This document shows positions 36,600 to 49,250 of a stretch of DNA of 55,229 bases, in pieces. Every line of letters begins with the position of its first letter. Position 1 is the stretch's first letter. Position numbers and translations under genes: made by a program. This DNA comes from Salpingoeca rosetta. Lineage: Eukaryota > Protista > Choanoflagellata. The stretch spans positions 1,834,497 through 1,889,725 of the forward strand of contig JAWQFM010000003.1 of the NCBI GenBank assembly GCA_033442325.1. Direction: 5' to 3'. The notes under the pieces were generated by a model. The model was not told the origin of the DNA, ran no database searches, and saw only the letters and a list, made by a program, of their open reading frames with translations.

Positions 36600-38001
36600 C
36601 TATGACCAGTTGAGGATCTCGAGCGTGCCATCAGCGAGCGCAGCCAGGGAGCGGCTGTTCTGTTCGGGCGTGACGTCTGCAAAGGCGACATATGGCAGCT
36701 TGCACCGGTCCCGCTTGACCTCCTGGTACACATCGCCCGTGCTCGCATCCCACAGCAGCGCCTGTGTATTGGAGGACAGGTGACGGTTGGGTTGAGTTGA
36801 AGCCAATGCGCGCGTGCGCGCGTGTGTGTATGTGTGTGCGTGTATGTGTGTGCGTGTATGTGTGTGCGTGTGTATATGTGTGTGCGTGCGTGTGTGTGGA
36901 AAGAACACCATGCCAAGAAGAACTCAGACAAAAGGAGAACTGAACCGGTGGCTTGTCCCCCGTCGTCCTCACCAGCCTCAAGCTCAACTCCACCACCATC
37001 ACCGACCGATTGGTTTGCTTCGTTGCTGGCGCACACGAGATTGCCAAAGCCGCGTGGGTGAGAGAGAATGCACGAGCGAGCAAGCTTCGTCTGCTGCGGC
37101 CCACCTGCGTGCGTGCGTGCGTGTCAGCGGGTATGGTGATGGCAACAGCGATGAGTTGTCTTAATATACGAGGAAGCAAGGTGAGAAAGAAAGTCAGGCG
37201 ACTGTGAATTACAGTCATGAGCATCAACAAACTGACAACACACAAGTCGCCCATCAACGCGTGCAGCCCACACGCACCAAGCAACTGCCGATCAATTGTG
37301 CACTGGATATCCCGTGACGCGTTGGTTACAGAGGAGAGATGTGACCTTCGTCTTCCTTCACTGCCACCACCAATACTGCTGCCGCTGCTGCTGCTGGTGG
37401 TGTTCCTGGGAGCTGAGGAGGGTGTTTCGCCCGTCTCTGCTTGCTGCACCTCTACCGCTGTCCCATCACCATCCTCCTCCTCATCATCATCATCATCATC
37501 ATCGTCATCATCGTCATTGTCATCTATGTTGCGTCGTTGAAGCGAAAACACAACGTGACGGGTGACATTGCACGCCTTTGATGGCCGGTACGAGCACAGC
37601 ACCTTTCCGTTCAGGCCAGCAGTGGACAGCGACGTGCACACACCTGCACACAGTCCCGATCACACGTGGATGTGTGGATGTGTGAGTGGCATGCGTGTGG
37701 GTGTGAGTGAGCGTATGAGTAAGAGTGAGAGTGAGAGAGGGTGTGCGAGGGTGCGTGGCAGTTGGCGTGCGTTTGCACCCTGTTTTGCATGAGAGTGAAT
37801 GTGTTGACCTCACCGTCCAATTGTGATAAGCGGTGCTGTTTCGCGTCGCTTTGTGTGGAGATTTCCCAAAACGAGACGCCCTGGCCAACGCAAGCAGACA
37901 ACACAGACACACGCACGCGCGCACACAGCGATGAGCGACTGCAGTGCAGCGAGAATGTCAGGATCAACACGCAGTGATGTGATGTGATTGGGCTACAACG
38001 A

Positions 38002-38033
<32 letters not shown>

Positions 38034-39490
38034 TTGTTGTTGTTGTTGTTGCTGTTGTTGTTGTTGTTGGTGTTGTTGCTGTTGACTCACTTTGAGATCG
38101 CACGAAAGCAGGCCCCATTGTCCGCCAACCCTGTTGATGCAGAAACAACAGCACCTGTCTGTTAAGGGATTGATTGCACCCACCACTACTTTTGTGCAAA
38201 CGACGCAAAGGAGACTTCAACACAGCCATTTCTGCACACACACACACACACACATACACACACACACACACACACCACACGCACGCGCGCACTGAACCCC
38301 CCCCCCACACACACACACACATGCACGCATGGAGCATACGCACGAGTATTCCTGGAGAGAGACGATGGGACACGTGGCCTCGGATTGAAGCTCTTCCACA
38401 AAATGTGTTGGATAGCGCATGTCAAACAGAAGAATGCTGAACACCCAACGTGACACAGCCCATAACCGACATCAAGCGTTGTGAGCCACGAGGCATATCA
38501 AAATCATGCGATCAAGGTTCAATCAGCATACACACACACACACACACAACACGGCGTGTGGGTCGTACTTGTTGTTTGCGAGGCCGCAGTAGATGTGCAC
38601 GGGCTGTGTGGAATTCCACGCACACGCCCACGACGCAGCAGGGAGCCGAAATGTCTGCACCACCCTGTGACAATTGCAGGGGGGAAGATAGGGTGAAGCA
38701 TGCGAGGACAGTGCGTGAGTATGCATGTGAGGACAGTGTATGTGCACGTGCACATGCGTAGCGTGCGAGTCAACAGCCATCAAAACCACATGCACACACG
38801 TACACACGCACACACGCACAGAGAACCACCGGTAGAACGGGTAAGGCGACACTCACGCGTTTGTTGTCAGGGATGAAATACGAAGCGTCTTGTCCAGGCC
38901 AGCTACGTACCACAGTGAAGAATGGTGGAAATAGCACAGTGCATGAGAAACACGTGCAAGTGATTGTGTGCGCATGTTGCTTGTGTGCACGCTTGGTGCG
39001 TGCGCATATGCCTGTGTACATGGGTAATCGAGTGTGTGTGAATGCATGTGTGGGTACAGCAGCTGCTGCTGTTGTCACGGCCGTGTCTACCTGTCAGTAA
39101 GAGTTCGCCGTTCGGACACGCTTGCACGTCCCGAATCTCCTTCGTGTGCATGTCAATAAACTGCATTGGTGTTGCGTGTGTGTGTATGTGTATGTGTGTG
39201 TGCGTGCGTGTATGTGTGCGTGTGTGTGCGTGTGTGCATGTGTGTGTGTGTGCGAATGGGTTTGTATGCATCATGCCACGGGGCGTGCAATGGTGGTGGA
39301 CAGACGCGGGGGTGAGACTTCGATACTATTGCACGTACACACAACATACACACAAAGTGGACGAAACAACTTGGTGCCCGGGTGCTTGGCGCACTGTACA
39401 TGCAAACATAACAAAGTAGCACCTCGTCGCATGTGTAGTCGATGCCGCTGACTTTCGTGACTCCAAACGCACCCGAACGGTAGAACGGTC
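36600..39490 (-). CDS. RFWD3: RFWD3 (FANCW)-like E3 ligase, WD40 C-terminal region; 5' part lost at gap
   Basis: Colinear exons: GAFGVTKVSGID; FIDMHTKEIRDV; GLDKTLRISSLTTN; WACAWNSTQPVHIYCGLANN; ILLFDMR...CPIVSL; GVSFWE; CSYRPSK; GGPQQTKLARSCI...LVCASNEANQS; ALLWDASTG...LEILNWS*. These match the RFWD3 WD40 motif order. Confidence 0.8.
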
Positions 39491-39524
39491 TGTATAAATG
39501 TGAATGCGCGCGTGTGTGTGATGT

Positions 39525-39582
<58 letters not shown>

Positions 39583-40341
39583 NNNNNNNNNNNNNNNNNN
39601 NNNNNNNNNNNNNNNNNNNNNNNNNNNNNNNNNNNNNNNNNNNNNNNNNNNNNNNNNNNNNNNNNNNNNNNNNNNNNNNNNNGACAATCGGGTGGAATGG
39701 GTTGATGTTCCCCTCTTCCCCAGCACGACGTACAGTCTTAACCACCATCTGCATTCACCATTTGCGTTCGACACTGCTGCCGTATTGTGATTTTCTGATT
39801 GAGAGCTGGCTTTGGGGGCGGGGGGAAGAGAGTTCGTGAAAACAGAGCGAGAGTGAAAAGCGATAAGGGCGTTGATGTTTCCTTTTAGATGCGCGTGTCA
39901 GGCGTCAACACGCGTCGTGGCTGCTGTGTGTCGCCCCTTGTTTCTCTATTGATTCTTCAGTTGTTGCTTGCTTGATTGTACTGAAATGCACGCATGTGTG
40001 TTGTGTGATGTGTAAGTAATGTTTCGACCTTACGCGACAGCGAGACGGTATCTCGGTGTTGGTCGTGTCTGTGTGTGTGTGTGTGCGTTGAAAACGAAAG
40101 TACGCGAGGCATGTTGCTCTGCTCTTCGCAAGTAAAAGGACCGCCAACGTGAATGAAATTGTTGCTGAATGGGCGAGTGAAACCGGCGACAATGCTGCGA
40201 CTGGCGGCGTGGAGAACCACAAAGCAGAAGAAATGGGGGGGGGGAGTTGGTTGGTTCGCTGAGCGCAGAGAGAACAGATGGGTTGTGGTTTAACGGAAGA
40301 ACTCGATAGAATGCACGTGGGAGGCGTTGAGGAAATTGATG

Positions 40342-40505
40342 AAACAACAACCACTTAAACAACAACCACTTCATCAAACAACACTACTGAAACAACAACA
40401 ACAACTTCATTCAACAACAACTTCATTCAACAACAACTTCATTAAACAACAACAACAACTTAAACAACAACTTAAACAGCAACAACTTAAACAACAACAA
40501 CAACA
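40342..40505. repeat. Imperfect (AAC)n / aaacaacaactt low-complexity array
   Basis: Seen directly; lies just 3' of the TRP gene stop. Confidence 0.8.
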
Positions 40506-40529
40506 GCGACGACGACGACGATGATGTGA

Positions 40530-43500
40530 CTACCAAGGTCTGCGCCAGTGCTCGTCACGAGAGTTGTACAACTCATTGTCGCTGTCGTCCTCATCATGCA
40601 CACCATCATCGTTGTTGAGGGTATGGTGGTGGCAGCGGTGTAAATGGTGGCTGTTCCGACCACTGTCGTAGAACCGTTTCTCATCGTTATAACGAGTGTC
40701 GGCGACAGCCTGGTGGACAGCGGTAGCTGTGTTGCGCACAGACGCAAGCAATCGCCGCTCAAGCACGTGTATGCGTCGCTCAAGCTGTGTTGTCGCGCTC
40801 TCCACGCTCTTGGCCGTGTTGTCCTTGATGTCGTGCAGAACACCCTGCCACTCGCCGTGACGCGAGATCCTACCTGCGTGTTCGCGACCAACCAGCCGGT
40901 ACAGCCACTTTGGGAACAAGTTTGGATCGTCACGCTGCCCGTCGCTCATAAACACTTCTTGCTCAAGCAAGATGCGTGCGCGCAGCAGCTGGAACTCGAT
41001 GTCTGCATGATCCTTGATGCGCTCGTACGAGTCAGACATGAGCGCAATCAGCAGGTTCAGCAGCACGAGCGGCACCAGCACCGTCGACACCACAAAGAGG
41101 ACGCGCAGAAACGACCTGTACTCGCCCGAGAGCGCGTCAAGATCAACATCCACCAGGATGAGCGTGGTGAAGGTGAAGAGCAGTCCGTTTGCTTCATCCT
41201 GCAGGGCCGTGGACGTGAGAGTTTTGTCGTCACGAAGAAGCGCCTGTGCGGCTATCCAGGCCGCAATGATACTGATGCACAACACCACCAGGAAGTAGCG
41301 GATGTCATAACCGATGGCGACTATCATGCGCACGAGCGGGCCTGTGGACTGGAATGCTTGAAGAAAGTACAGCAGGCCGTACCAGCGCATGAACACACAC
41401 CCAGCCAGCCAGGCGCGAGCATGCTGCCACCCAATCAGGTACGTGGTGCATGTCACAAAGGTGACAATGACATTTCCAGCGTCCACCCAGTTCCACACAT
41501 CGCGCAGGTATGCGTCCACGTCGTGTCGAAGCTGCAGGGCCTCATACCGCGCGTCCTTCAGGCAAATAAGCAGCAACACCAAGGAAAGAAACACAGACGC
41601 TTGCTCTGTGCGCGTGCCGGATACCAACAGCGTGTCAGCGGCCGCACCGTTCAAATTGATGGTGAACACCATGGCGGTTGCACACACCAGGCTGATCAGA
41701 TACACAAACAACTGCTGCAGAAACTCGCGTTGCCCGCGTCGCTTCCACTTGAACTCAATCAGTGCGCGGGCAATGTCGTTGTCGAACAGGGACGCATCTC
41801 CGGTCGCCACCAATGCGCCCAGCAGCCACCTGCTTGCGTACGGCAGTGGTACCACACGCACGTCCCGTGCACGCGCCTTCTTGCGGATGGCATAGTCTTC
41901 CGCAGCATACAACGGCTGATTCTGCTCGTTCTCCTGGTGCTGTTGCTGCTGGTGGTGCCCACCGTCGCGACCAGCTCGACAGAAGCTCAGCCAGTGCAGT
42001 GCCTGCCCAAACCACGTCCACCACCCATAGCGTTGGTGGGGGGATAGCGTCGTGACTTGGATGGGGTCCTTGCTGCTGTCAAGCACGAACAGATGCTGTG
42101 ATGGCCAATATGGATCAATCTTGCCATTGCTGTGATCAACTGGCGCTTCGGCCCTGACGAGAACAAGCCCAAGTCCACGCAACAGCTCCCGAGCGACGCC
42201 CTTGTGATGCCTGATGCAAGCCATCATGTCATCCACAAAGGGGGCGTGGCACGCCATCTTCAGCGGGCCGGTTTTGCACAGGCCCCAGCATGGCAGAGGC
42301 GCTGCGTCGTCGGCCCCTGCCGTGGCGAGGGACGCATCATGTTGAGTCCCCACACCAACGCACGTGTCCAGGCTAGCGAGCGACAGGCGCCAGAAGATGG
42401 GCAGCTCGGGTCGTTCCACGCCTGCGTCGCGTGCACGCGCGCCCTGTACCAGCTTCTCTGCCACCACTTTGAGCGTTGCATCGGAGGCGTGGCCTGAGTT
42501 GACTGCCACGTGAAACATGTGTTCCACACCGTTGACATCGTCCAGCTCAAGCAGCGGCAGCGCAGGCGTCTCCAGCATCACGCGCAGAATGTCAAGATAT
42601 CGGTCGTCCTGTGCTGCCCACGCCAACGGCGTCATCATCGCCACAGGCTTCTGCCAGGCTGCCGTTGTAGCAGCAGCAGAATAGTTGTAAGTCATGTAGC
42701 CAGACTGGGGTGAATTTCAAGGTGAGACGCGAGGCGAAGACTGAACGGGGATCAGGAGGCGTGTGCGTGTGCTGGCGTCGTTGTTGTTGCTGGTGGGGCC
42801 ACGCACATTGACAACACCAGTACGGTTGGCAAAGGTCAAGAGCGCACTTGTGCCGCCGACTGGACGGCGGGTGCCCCTGGCATGATGGGATGCAACAGGG
42901 ACGGGAAAGAGCAGGGTCAGCGGGAACGCAGTGAGGGCGTTGCGAAGCGTACTCAGCCGATTCTCGGGCATGGGATCAAGCCTGTCGTGATCGATGGTGC
43001 CACGGAGCACGAAGGTGGGCAGGTGCGGCAGCCCATGGAAGCTGTCTGGGTGCATGAGCTGAGGCAGCGGCCACACGTTCATGTTCTGATCGTGGCTGCC
43101 GGATGCAACGTATTCCCCTGATGGCGCCACGCACACAGAAGTGACAATGCTGGTGTGGCCTTTGAGCGACAGGAAACAGCGCGGCGTGGATGTGTCGATG
43201 AGCCACACCTTGACGGTGGTGTCCTGGCTCGCGGTGACGAGGAATTTGTCATTGGGCGAGAGAGACAGCGACGTGACGTTGGCTGCGTGCCCCTCCAGAG
43301 TCGCCCGGCATGCGATGGTCACCTCCTCGTCCTCTCGCACAGCATCACCATTTCCACCGTCATGATCGTCATCATGATCGTCATCATCATGGACATCACC
43401 ATTGCCGCTGTGTCGATACACCCGCCACAGCTTGATGGTGTTGTCGTCGCTTCCAGAGACAAATGCCTTGCTTCCATCGGAGAGAAAGAGCAGGGATGAA

Positions 43501-43692
43501 ACGCGGCCGCGGTGTCCATTTCTGGACGCTGGTGGTGGCGAAGACAATGCACCCAGCACCCTGTGCCGTCTGCCACGCTTCTTGCTCATGTTGCTTCCGC
43601 TGGCAGGGTTGTTAGTGCTTGGTGCCGTGTTCAGGCGCTCTCGCAGCTCACCATAAGGCGCCATGCTGTCGCTGTCGCTATTTTTGGGGTCG

Positions 43693-43767
<75 letters not shown>

Positions 43768-44120
43768 AATTGAGGGGGGAATGACCAAGAGAAGATGCGC
43801 AGGCTAACGTCGCCGCAGCCGACAGCAATGAGGGTTTCATCGGGTGAAATGGCAATGCAGTTGACCTTCTGCAGTGCTGGCAGCTCGTGGCGTGCGAGTC
43901 GCTGTCCCGTGTCGATATCCCAAACAGAGAGGGTGGGGCAGAGGTTCCCGGACTCAGTGCCGCGGTCGCCCGTCACCACCAGCCGCGATGACACAGCCAT
44001 AGCACGCATCTCTGCAGCGTGATGGGCGTCATTCGTGTCACGTTCGGTGGTGAATGCGCAAAGTGGGCCAAACAAGCGCTGCGCTGCAGGCGCGTCATGC
44101 AGGTGTTGCTCTTGCTGCTC

Positions 44121-44156
<36 letters not shown>

Positions 44157-46229
44157 GTGGTGGTCTGGAGAAGGTGAGTGGAGGCGGTGTGCAACGAAGA
44201 TTTGTCCAGATTCGTGTCCGGCAAAGAGTCGCTGTCCATCACACGAGTAGCGCACGCACGTGAACTTGCCCTCGCTCAAAGCAGGGCATGTCAGCTCCTC
44301 CAACACCGCATGCGATGACATCGTGCTCATGGTTGAGTGCTGTGCTGTACCAGTTTCGGCCTTGTGCTCCGCTTCCCACGCGTGTATCGGCTGTGCTGGA
44401 AGCTGCGTCTCTTGCACCGCATATGCGTGTGTATCGCGAGCACCGTGATCAGCATCCTGAAGGCGGCTGTCGTGGCCAGTGTGCGCGTGCGTTCTTCGAG
44501 AGTATGTTGCTTGGGTGGCGGTATCATCCAAGCCAGCACCCTGCGTGCAGACTTTGCCATTGCTGACTGTGGGTTTCGATGCAGCGTAGAGTTGCAAGCG
44601 GGCAGCTGCGTCCATATGACGAACGAGGATGTTGTTGCCGCAGCACATGGCGACGTGCTGGCTGTCGGGTGACACAACCACACTTGCCAGGCGCCCGGAA
44701 TGGTGTGTTGACATGGCTTCTGTGGTCAAGTGCTGGTCCCACATACGGATGCAGCCGCTGATGCTCCCAGAGATGAAGTAGCGGTCATCGTGAGGACACA
44801 CAACGAGGGCGGGCGTGTTGACTGTCTCGGCGGTGAGCGTGGCGAGGCAGTCTTGTGTCTCCACGATCCAGATTTTGATTTCGCCATCCCAGGACCCGGA
44901 AATGATTCGGGTCAACCCCTTGCTCTCCCGCGACAAGCCAATAGCGTTGACCCAGCTGGTGTGCCCACGCAGTGTCGCAGCACATCTGCCGTACCGCAAT
45001 GACTGTGCTTGTTGTTGTTGTTGTTGTTGTTGTTGTTTTTGTTGTTCGTGATTGTCGCGCTGGTCATGTTGGGAGGTGGATGGTGGTGGGGGCGTCAAGG
45101 TGCGTACGTCCATCGAAGATTGCGTGCGGGACGACGGTGCCGTGGCGGCGGTGGATGCGAGCGGGGTGACTTTGAAGGTGGGCGAGTCAACCTCAAGGAA
45201 TACATTCCATACTTTGATGGTCTTGTCTCCGCTGCCAGAGACAAGCCATCGCCCATCCTGCGAGACCTCCAGCGCATTGAGCCAACCCGTGTGTCCAGTG
45301 AAGTGGACAGTGCTGTGTTCGCCCACGCCTGTTGGATCAGACCCCAATTTCCACAACTCGATCTCGTTTTGCTTGTTGCCGACGAAGAGATTCTGGTACG
45401 TCGGATCATATGCCATGCAGCGAACTCCAGCCTTTGCGTGGAGGACGTGAGGCGTTTCGTCGATTGTCAACTGTTCGCCGTGGACTGCAGGTGGTGTGCA
45501 TTTCCAGATGCGCACGTGCTTGTCTGTGCAGCCGCAGGCGACGAAGAATGTACCCGCTTGTGCCTCGCCCAAAGACACATCGGTGGCTGGCCACGCCAAT
45601 ACAGAGCGCACCTTCCCCACAGCATCGAGAACGATTGGCGTGTGATCCACACGGATGTCCGTTTGACGGGCACCATGTGGGGTGTCCGACGCACTGCTCG
45701 TGGGCGAAGCAGTCACAAGAAGCGCCCGCGACCCGGCGTGTCTTTCTTGATTTGGGGAAGCCCGTGTTCGATGCAGCCGCCACAACTTGACCTTCTTGTC
45801 ATCAACGCCACCAGAGACGATGAACTCGTCGTTTGGCGACATGCACAGGGCACGCACAGTGGTGTTATTGCCGTGTGCGTTTCGGATGGTGTGCACTGGG
45901 CCCACGGTGCCGACAGGGGCACACAAATCCCACACCTCGATGTGCCCACCGTCTCCAGATGCTGCCAACACGTTGCTGTCTGACGTTATAGCGAGCGCAC
46001 GGATGCTCATTGCTTCGCTGTGCTTGTTTGCAGCGGTGTGTCCGGAGGAGGCGGAGGAGGACAGGGGTGCCTCCTGCTGCAATGTTGTTCTTTGCAACGC
46101 CTCCTCGGACGGCACCACTGTAGGGGAGCGCCCAAGGCGGTGAGCAACGTTGTCAGAGCCCGTGTGACGTTGACGGAGGATCCCGGCTCGCAGCCTCAGT
46201 GCAGGTGGCTGTCCCCCGTATGCAGCCAT
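40530..46229 (-). CDS. WD40-repeat + ankyrin-like + TRP-type cation channel (exons 46229-42807 and 42704-40530; ~1865 aa)
   Basis: ORF 42717-46229 has 14 WD40 repeats. The same-frame ORF 40530-42695 has TPLAWAA (ankyrin-like), LIEFKW, YLRDVWNWVD, FQSTGPLVRMI and LLNLLIALMSDSYERI...FQLLRARILLEQE (S6 and TRP helix). The predicted phase-0 intron gtgcgt...ccccag at 42806-42705 removes the intervening TGA. An extra 5' exon is possible. Confidence 0.9.
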
Positions 46230-46682
46230 CGTGCTTCATGGGCTGCAACCGGAAGGACTGAAGGAGGGAGGGGGAGGGTGTGACAGTGGCAGTGTCCGGT
46301 TGACGTGAAGAAGACAGACGGACGGCGGACGGTGGCAGCGGTGCGGGAAACTACAACACGGCTGCAACAGCATAAATTGCATGAAAGTTGGTTCGAGCCA
46401 ACACCAACAACAAACACCAACAACAACAGCAGCTACAATGCCGCCACCACGACCACCGCCGCGGCCGCCTCCGCCGTCGAGCAAGCCCAAGCTGAAGCCT
46501 TCATGCGCACAGGCAGCCAGTGAGGATTGCAACGATGGTGCAGGCCCCTCCACCACCTCTTCCACATCACCACCACCGCCACCACAACCGTTGACGTCCC
46601 AGCAGGCCCGCCCCGTCAGCAATTCACAGCGAACACCGCCCTATGATCCCGTCGCTGCATTCTGTTTCCCTCAAGCACCAGA

Positions 46683-46726
<44 letters not shown>

Positions 46727-47164
46727 TGTGGTGTGCGTGTGATGTGCGTGTGTGTACTTGTGTGTGATGTGCGTATGTATGTGTGTGTGTGTGTGATGTG
46801 CGTATGTACGTGTGTGTGATTGCGCACACATGCACAGCACTCCCACGTACAGCGCCAATGTTTGTGTGTTGTTGTTGTTGATGATGATGATAATGTTCAA
46901 TNNNNNNNNNNNNNNNNNNNNNNNNNNNNNNNNNNNNNNNNNNNNNNNNNNNNNNNNNNNNNNNNNNNNNNNNNNNNNNNNNNNNNNNNNNNNNNNNNNN
47001 NGCTGCGGGGTGCTGCAGAATGCACTTGCCCCCTGGCTGCTGCTGCTGCAGTGGAAGCGCGGCGTTTTGGCGCACATAGTAGCTCTGCTCTTTACTTTGA
47101 GGCACTACCTACACCATTTAGCTCCTTTCCCTCACACCATCCACACTACACTTGTCCCACCCTC

Positions 47165-47595
47165 CTGCTCACCACTCCGGATACTCATCATTGCACAGAA
47201 ACAAGCACTTTTCCGCCCATTTCAACACTACACTGCTCACACGATCCACACTATTCAGTACACACGCACATCATTCTACTGCCCACCACTCCGGATACTC
47301 TCCACTGCACAAAAAGAGCACTACATTCTGCCCCGTTTCAACACTACATTGGTTACAGACATCACTCTCCTCACCACCACTCCGGACACTACAGCAAAAA
47401 CTGCCCACAAAATCCACACTGCTCCCACAGCCACTACACCCCACCACTATACCCTCTATACTACCAGGCCAATCCCACTCCACACACACACAAATGAAGC
47501 ACCTTCACATCCACAACAGCACAACTACACGCCACTACATCACTCCACAATGCACAACACTACTGCACCCCTCTCTACACCACTCCGGACACTCC
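47165..47595 (-). repeat. Dispersed caccactccgga(t/c)act motif repeats downstream of 28S
   Basis: Four copies at ~47170, 47285, 47375 and 47578. tttcaacactaca occurs at ~47220 and 47336. Confidence 0.75.
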
Positions 47596-47689
47596 TCTCA
47601 CAACAGCAACACAGCACAACACCCACAATCCACTCACTCATACAACGCAACACACACCCCACAACAACACCACACCACACACTCCAAAT

Positions 47690-48314
47690 AATCCAACGGC
47701 ACAGCGGATTTCACCACTGCGGGACTGTGCCATTGCTGGCGCAGCGCCCAAGGCAGAGTCTCAGCAGATCGTAGCAGCAAGGCTACTCTACTGCTCACAA
47801 CACCTCGCCCATTAAGTCGTCTGCAAAGGATCAACCCCTTCAAGATGCGCGCTTTCTCTCGTGAGAGATCACACCCACACACACAGCCAAGCCCGCTTCC
47901 AGGCAGCTGCAACACACCGTGTGGGTGCACAAAATAAAGCTTACTTCCGACGCAGAGCATGCACACCAAGGCGTGCACACCTATTCCTGTTCGCCTGCTA
48001 TTACAACAAATGACAGTGCAGAGCACACACGACTGTGTTGCCACAGCAATGCACACAACACACCGCCACCATCAAATCTCGAAGAGAAACCAAAAACCAC
48101 TGGCAGCAACACTTTTACATGCCACCACCAGCAACAGTACAGCTGCGCAAATCTAGCATGGATTCTGACTTAGAGGCGTTCAGTCATAATCCTACGGATG
48201 ATAGCGTCGCGGCCCTGGCTCCTCAGCCAACCGCATGAACCAACTATCCGAATCAACGGTTCCTCTCGTACTGAGTTGAATTACTATCACAACTGTGTAA
48301 CTCATAAAAATCAT

Positions 48315-48356
<42 letters not shown>

Positions 48357-49218
48357 ACTCACGTTCCCTATTAGTGGGTGAACANNNNNNNNNNNNNNNN
48401 NNNNNNNNNNNNNNNNNNNNNNNNNNNNNNNNNNNNNNNNNNNNNNNNNNNNNNNNNNNNNNNNNNNNNNNNNNNNNNNNNNNNTTCACAATGATAGGAA
48501 GAGTCGACATCGAAGGATCAAAAAGCAACGTCGCTATGAACGCTTGGCTGCCACAAGCCAGTTATCCCGCCGGTAACTTTTCGGACACCTCTAGGTTGAA
48601 GCTGTCAACAGGCGCAGTGCAGAATGGGAGCTTAGACGCACGAGTGCGTTGTTCACTCTTATCCGCCGCGACTAAAGGATCGATAGGCCATGCTTTCACA
48701 GTTTGTATTCATCCTGAAAATCACAAAATCAAGTGAGCTTTTGTCCTTTTACTCCACATGAGATTTCCGTTCTCATTGAGCTCACCTTGGGACACCTGCG
48801 TTATCGTTTTACAGATGTGCCGCCCCAGCCAAACTCCCCACCTGACCTCGTCTTGAAAGCGGGTCGGGATCGGCATAACATAAAGTGCAAGAACACTCCA
48901 CGCTGCCCTCCCTTTCTCCAGAAATGGTGCACATGTGTGATCAGGTGCGCACAGCTCACACAAGAAATGCGCGCTACGCACACCACAATCACCCACACCA
49001 GCCCCGTGTCATTCAATAAGCAAAAAAACGACCAGAGTAGTGGTATTTCAAGGCCGCAAGCACAAGTAAACCCACACCTGCTCCCACCTATGCTACACCT
49101 CTGGTGTCTTTTCACACGGTCGGACTAGAGTCAAGCTCTAGCGGGTCTTCTTTCCCCGCTGATTGTGCCAAGTCCGTTCCCTTGGCTGCGGTTTCGCTAG
49201 AGCGTAGATAGGGACAGT

Positions 49219-49250
<32 letters not shown>

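Noticed and set aside
3651-39490. Fanconi/ubiquitin gene cluster (FANCD2, E1, UBE2H, RFWD3)
   Set aside because: The pieces are fragments separated by gaps and rDNA, and UBE2H is not the Fanconi E2 (UBE2T). Most likely coincidence.
40342-40505. Telomere-like repeat
   Set aside because: An irregular AAC-rich tract with no fixed unit such as TTAGGG.
40644-42047. 467-aa plus-strand ORF (also 631-1770 minus and 45009-45983 plus)
   Set aside because: Antisense shadows of real GC-rich coding regions.
42717-42719. Selenocysteine or readthrough at the TGA
   Set aside because: The context tga-aat is not a typical leaky one, I identified no SECIS, and a canonical in-phase intron explains it more simply.
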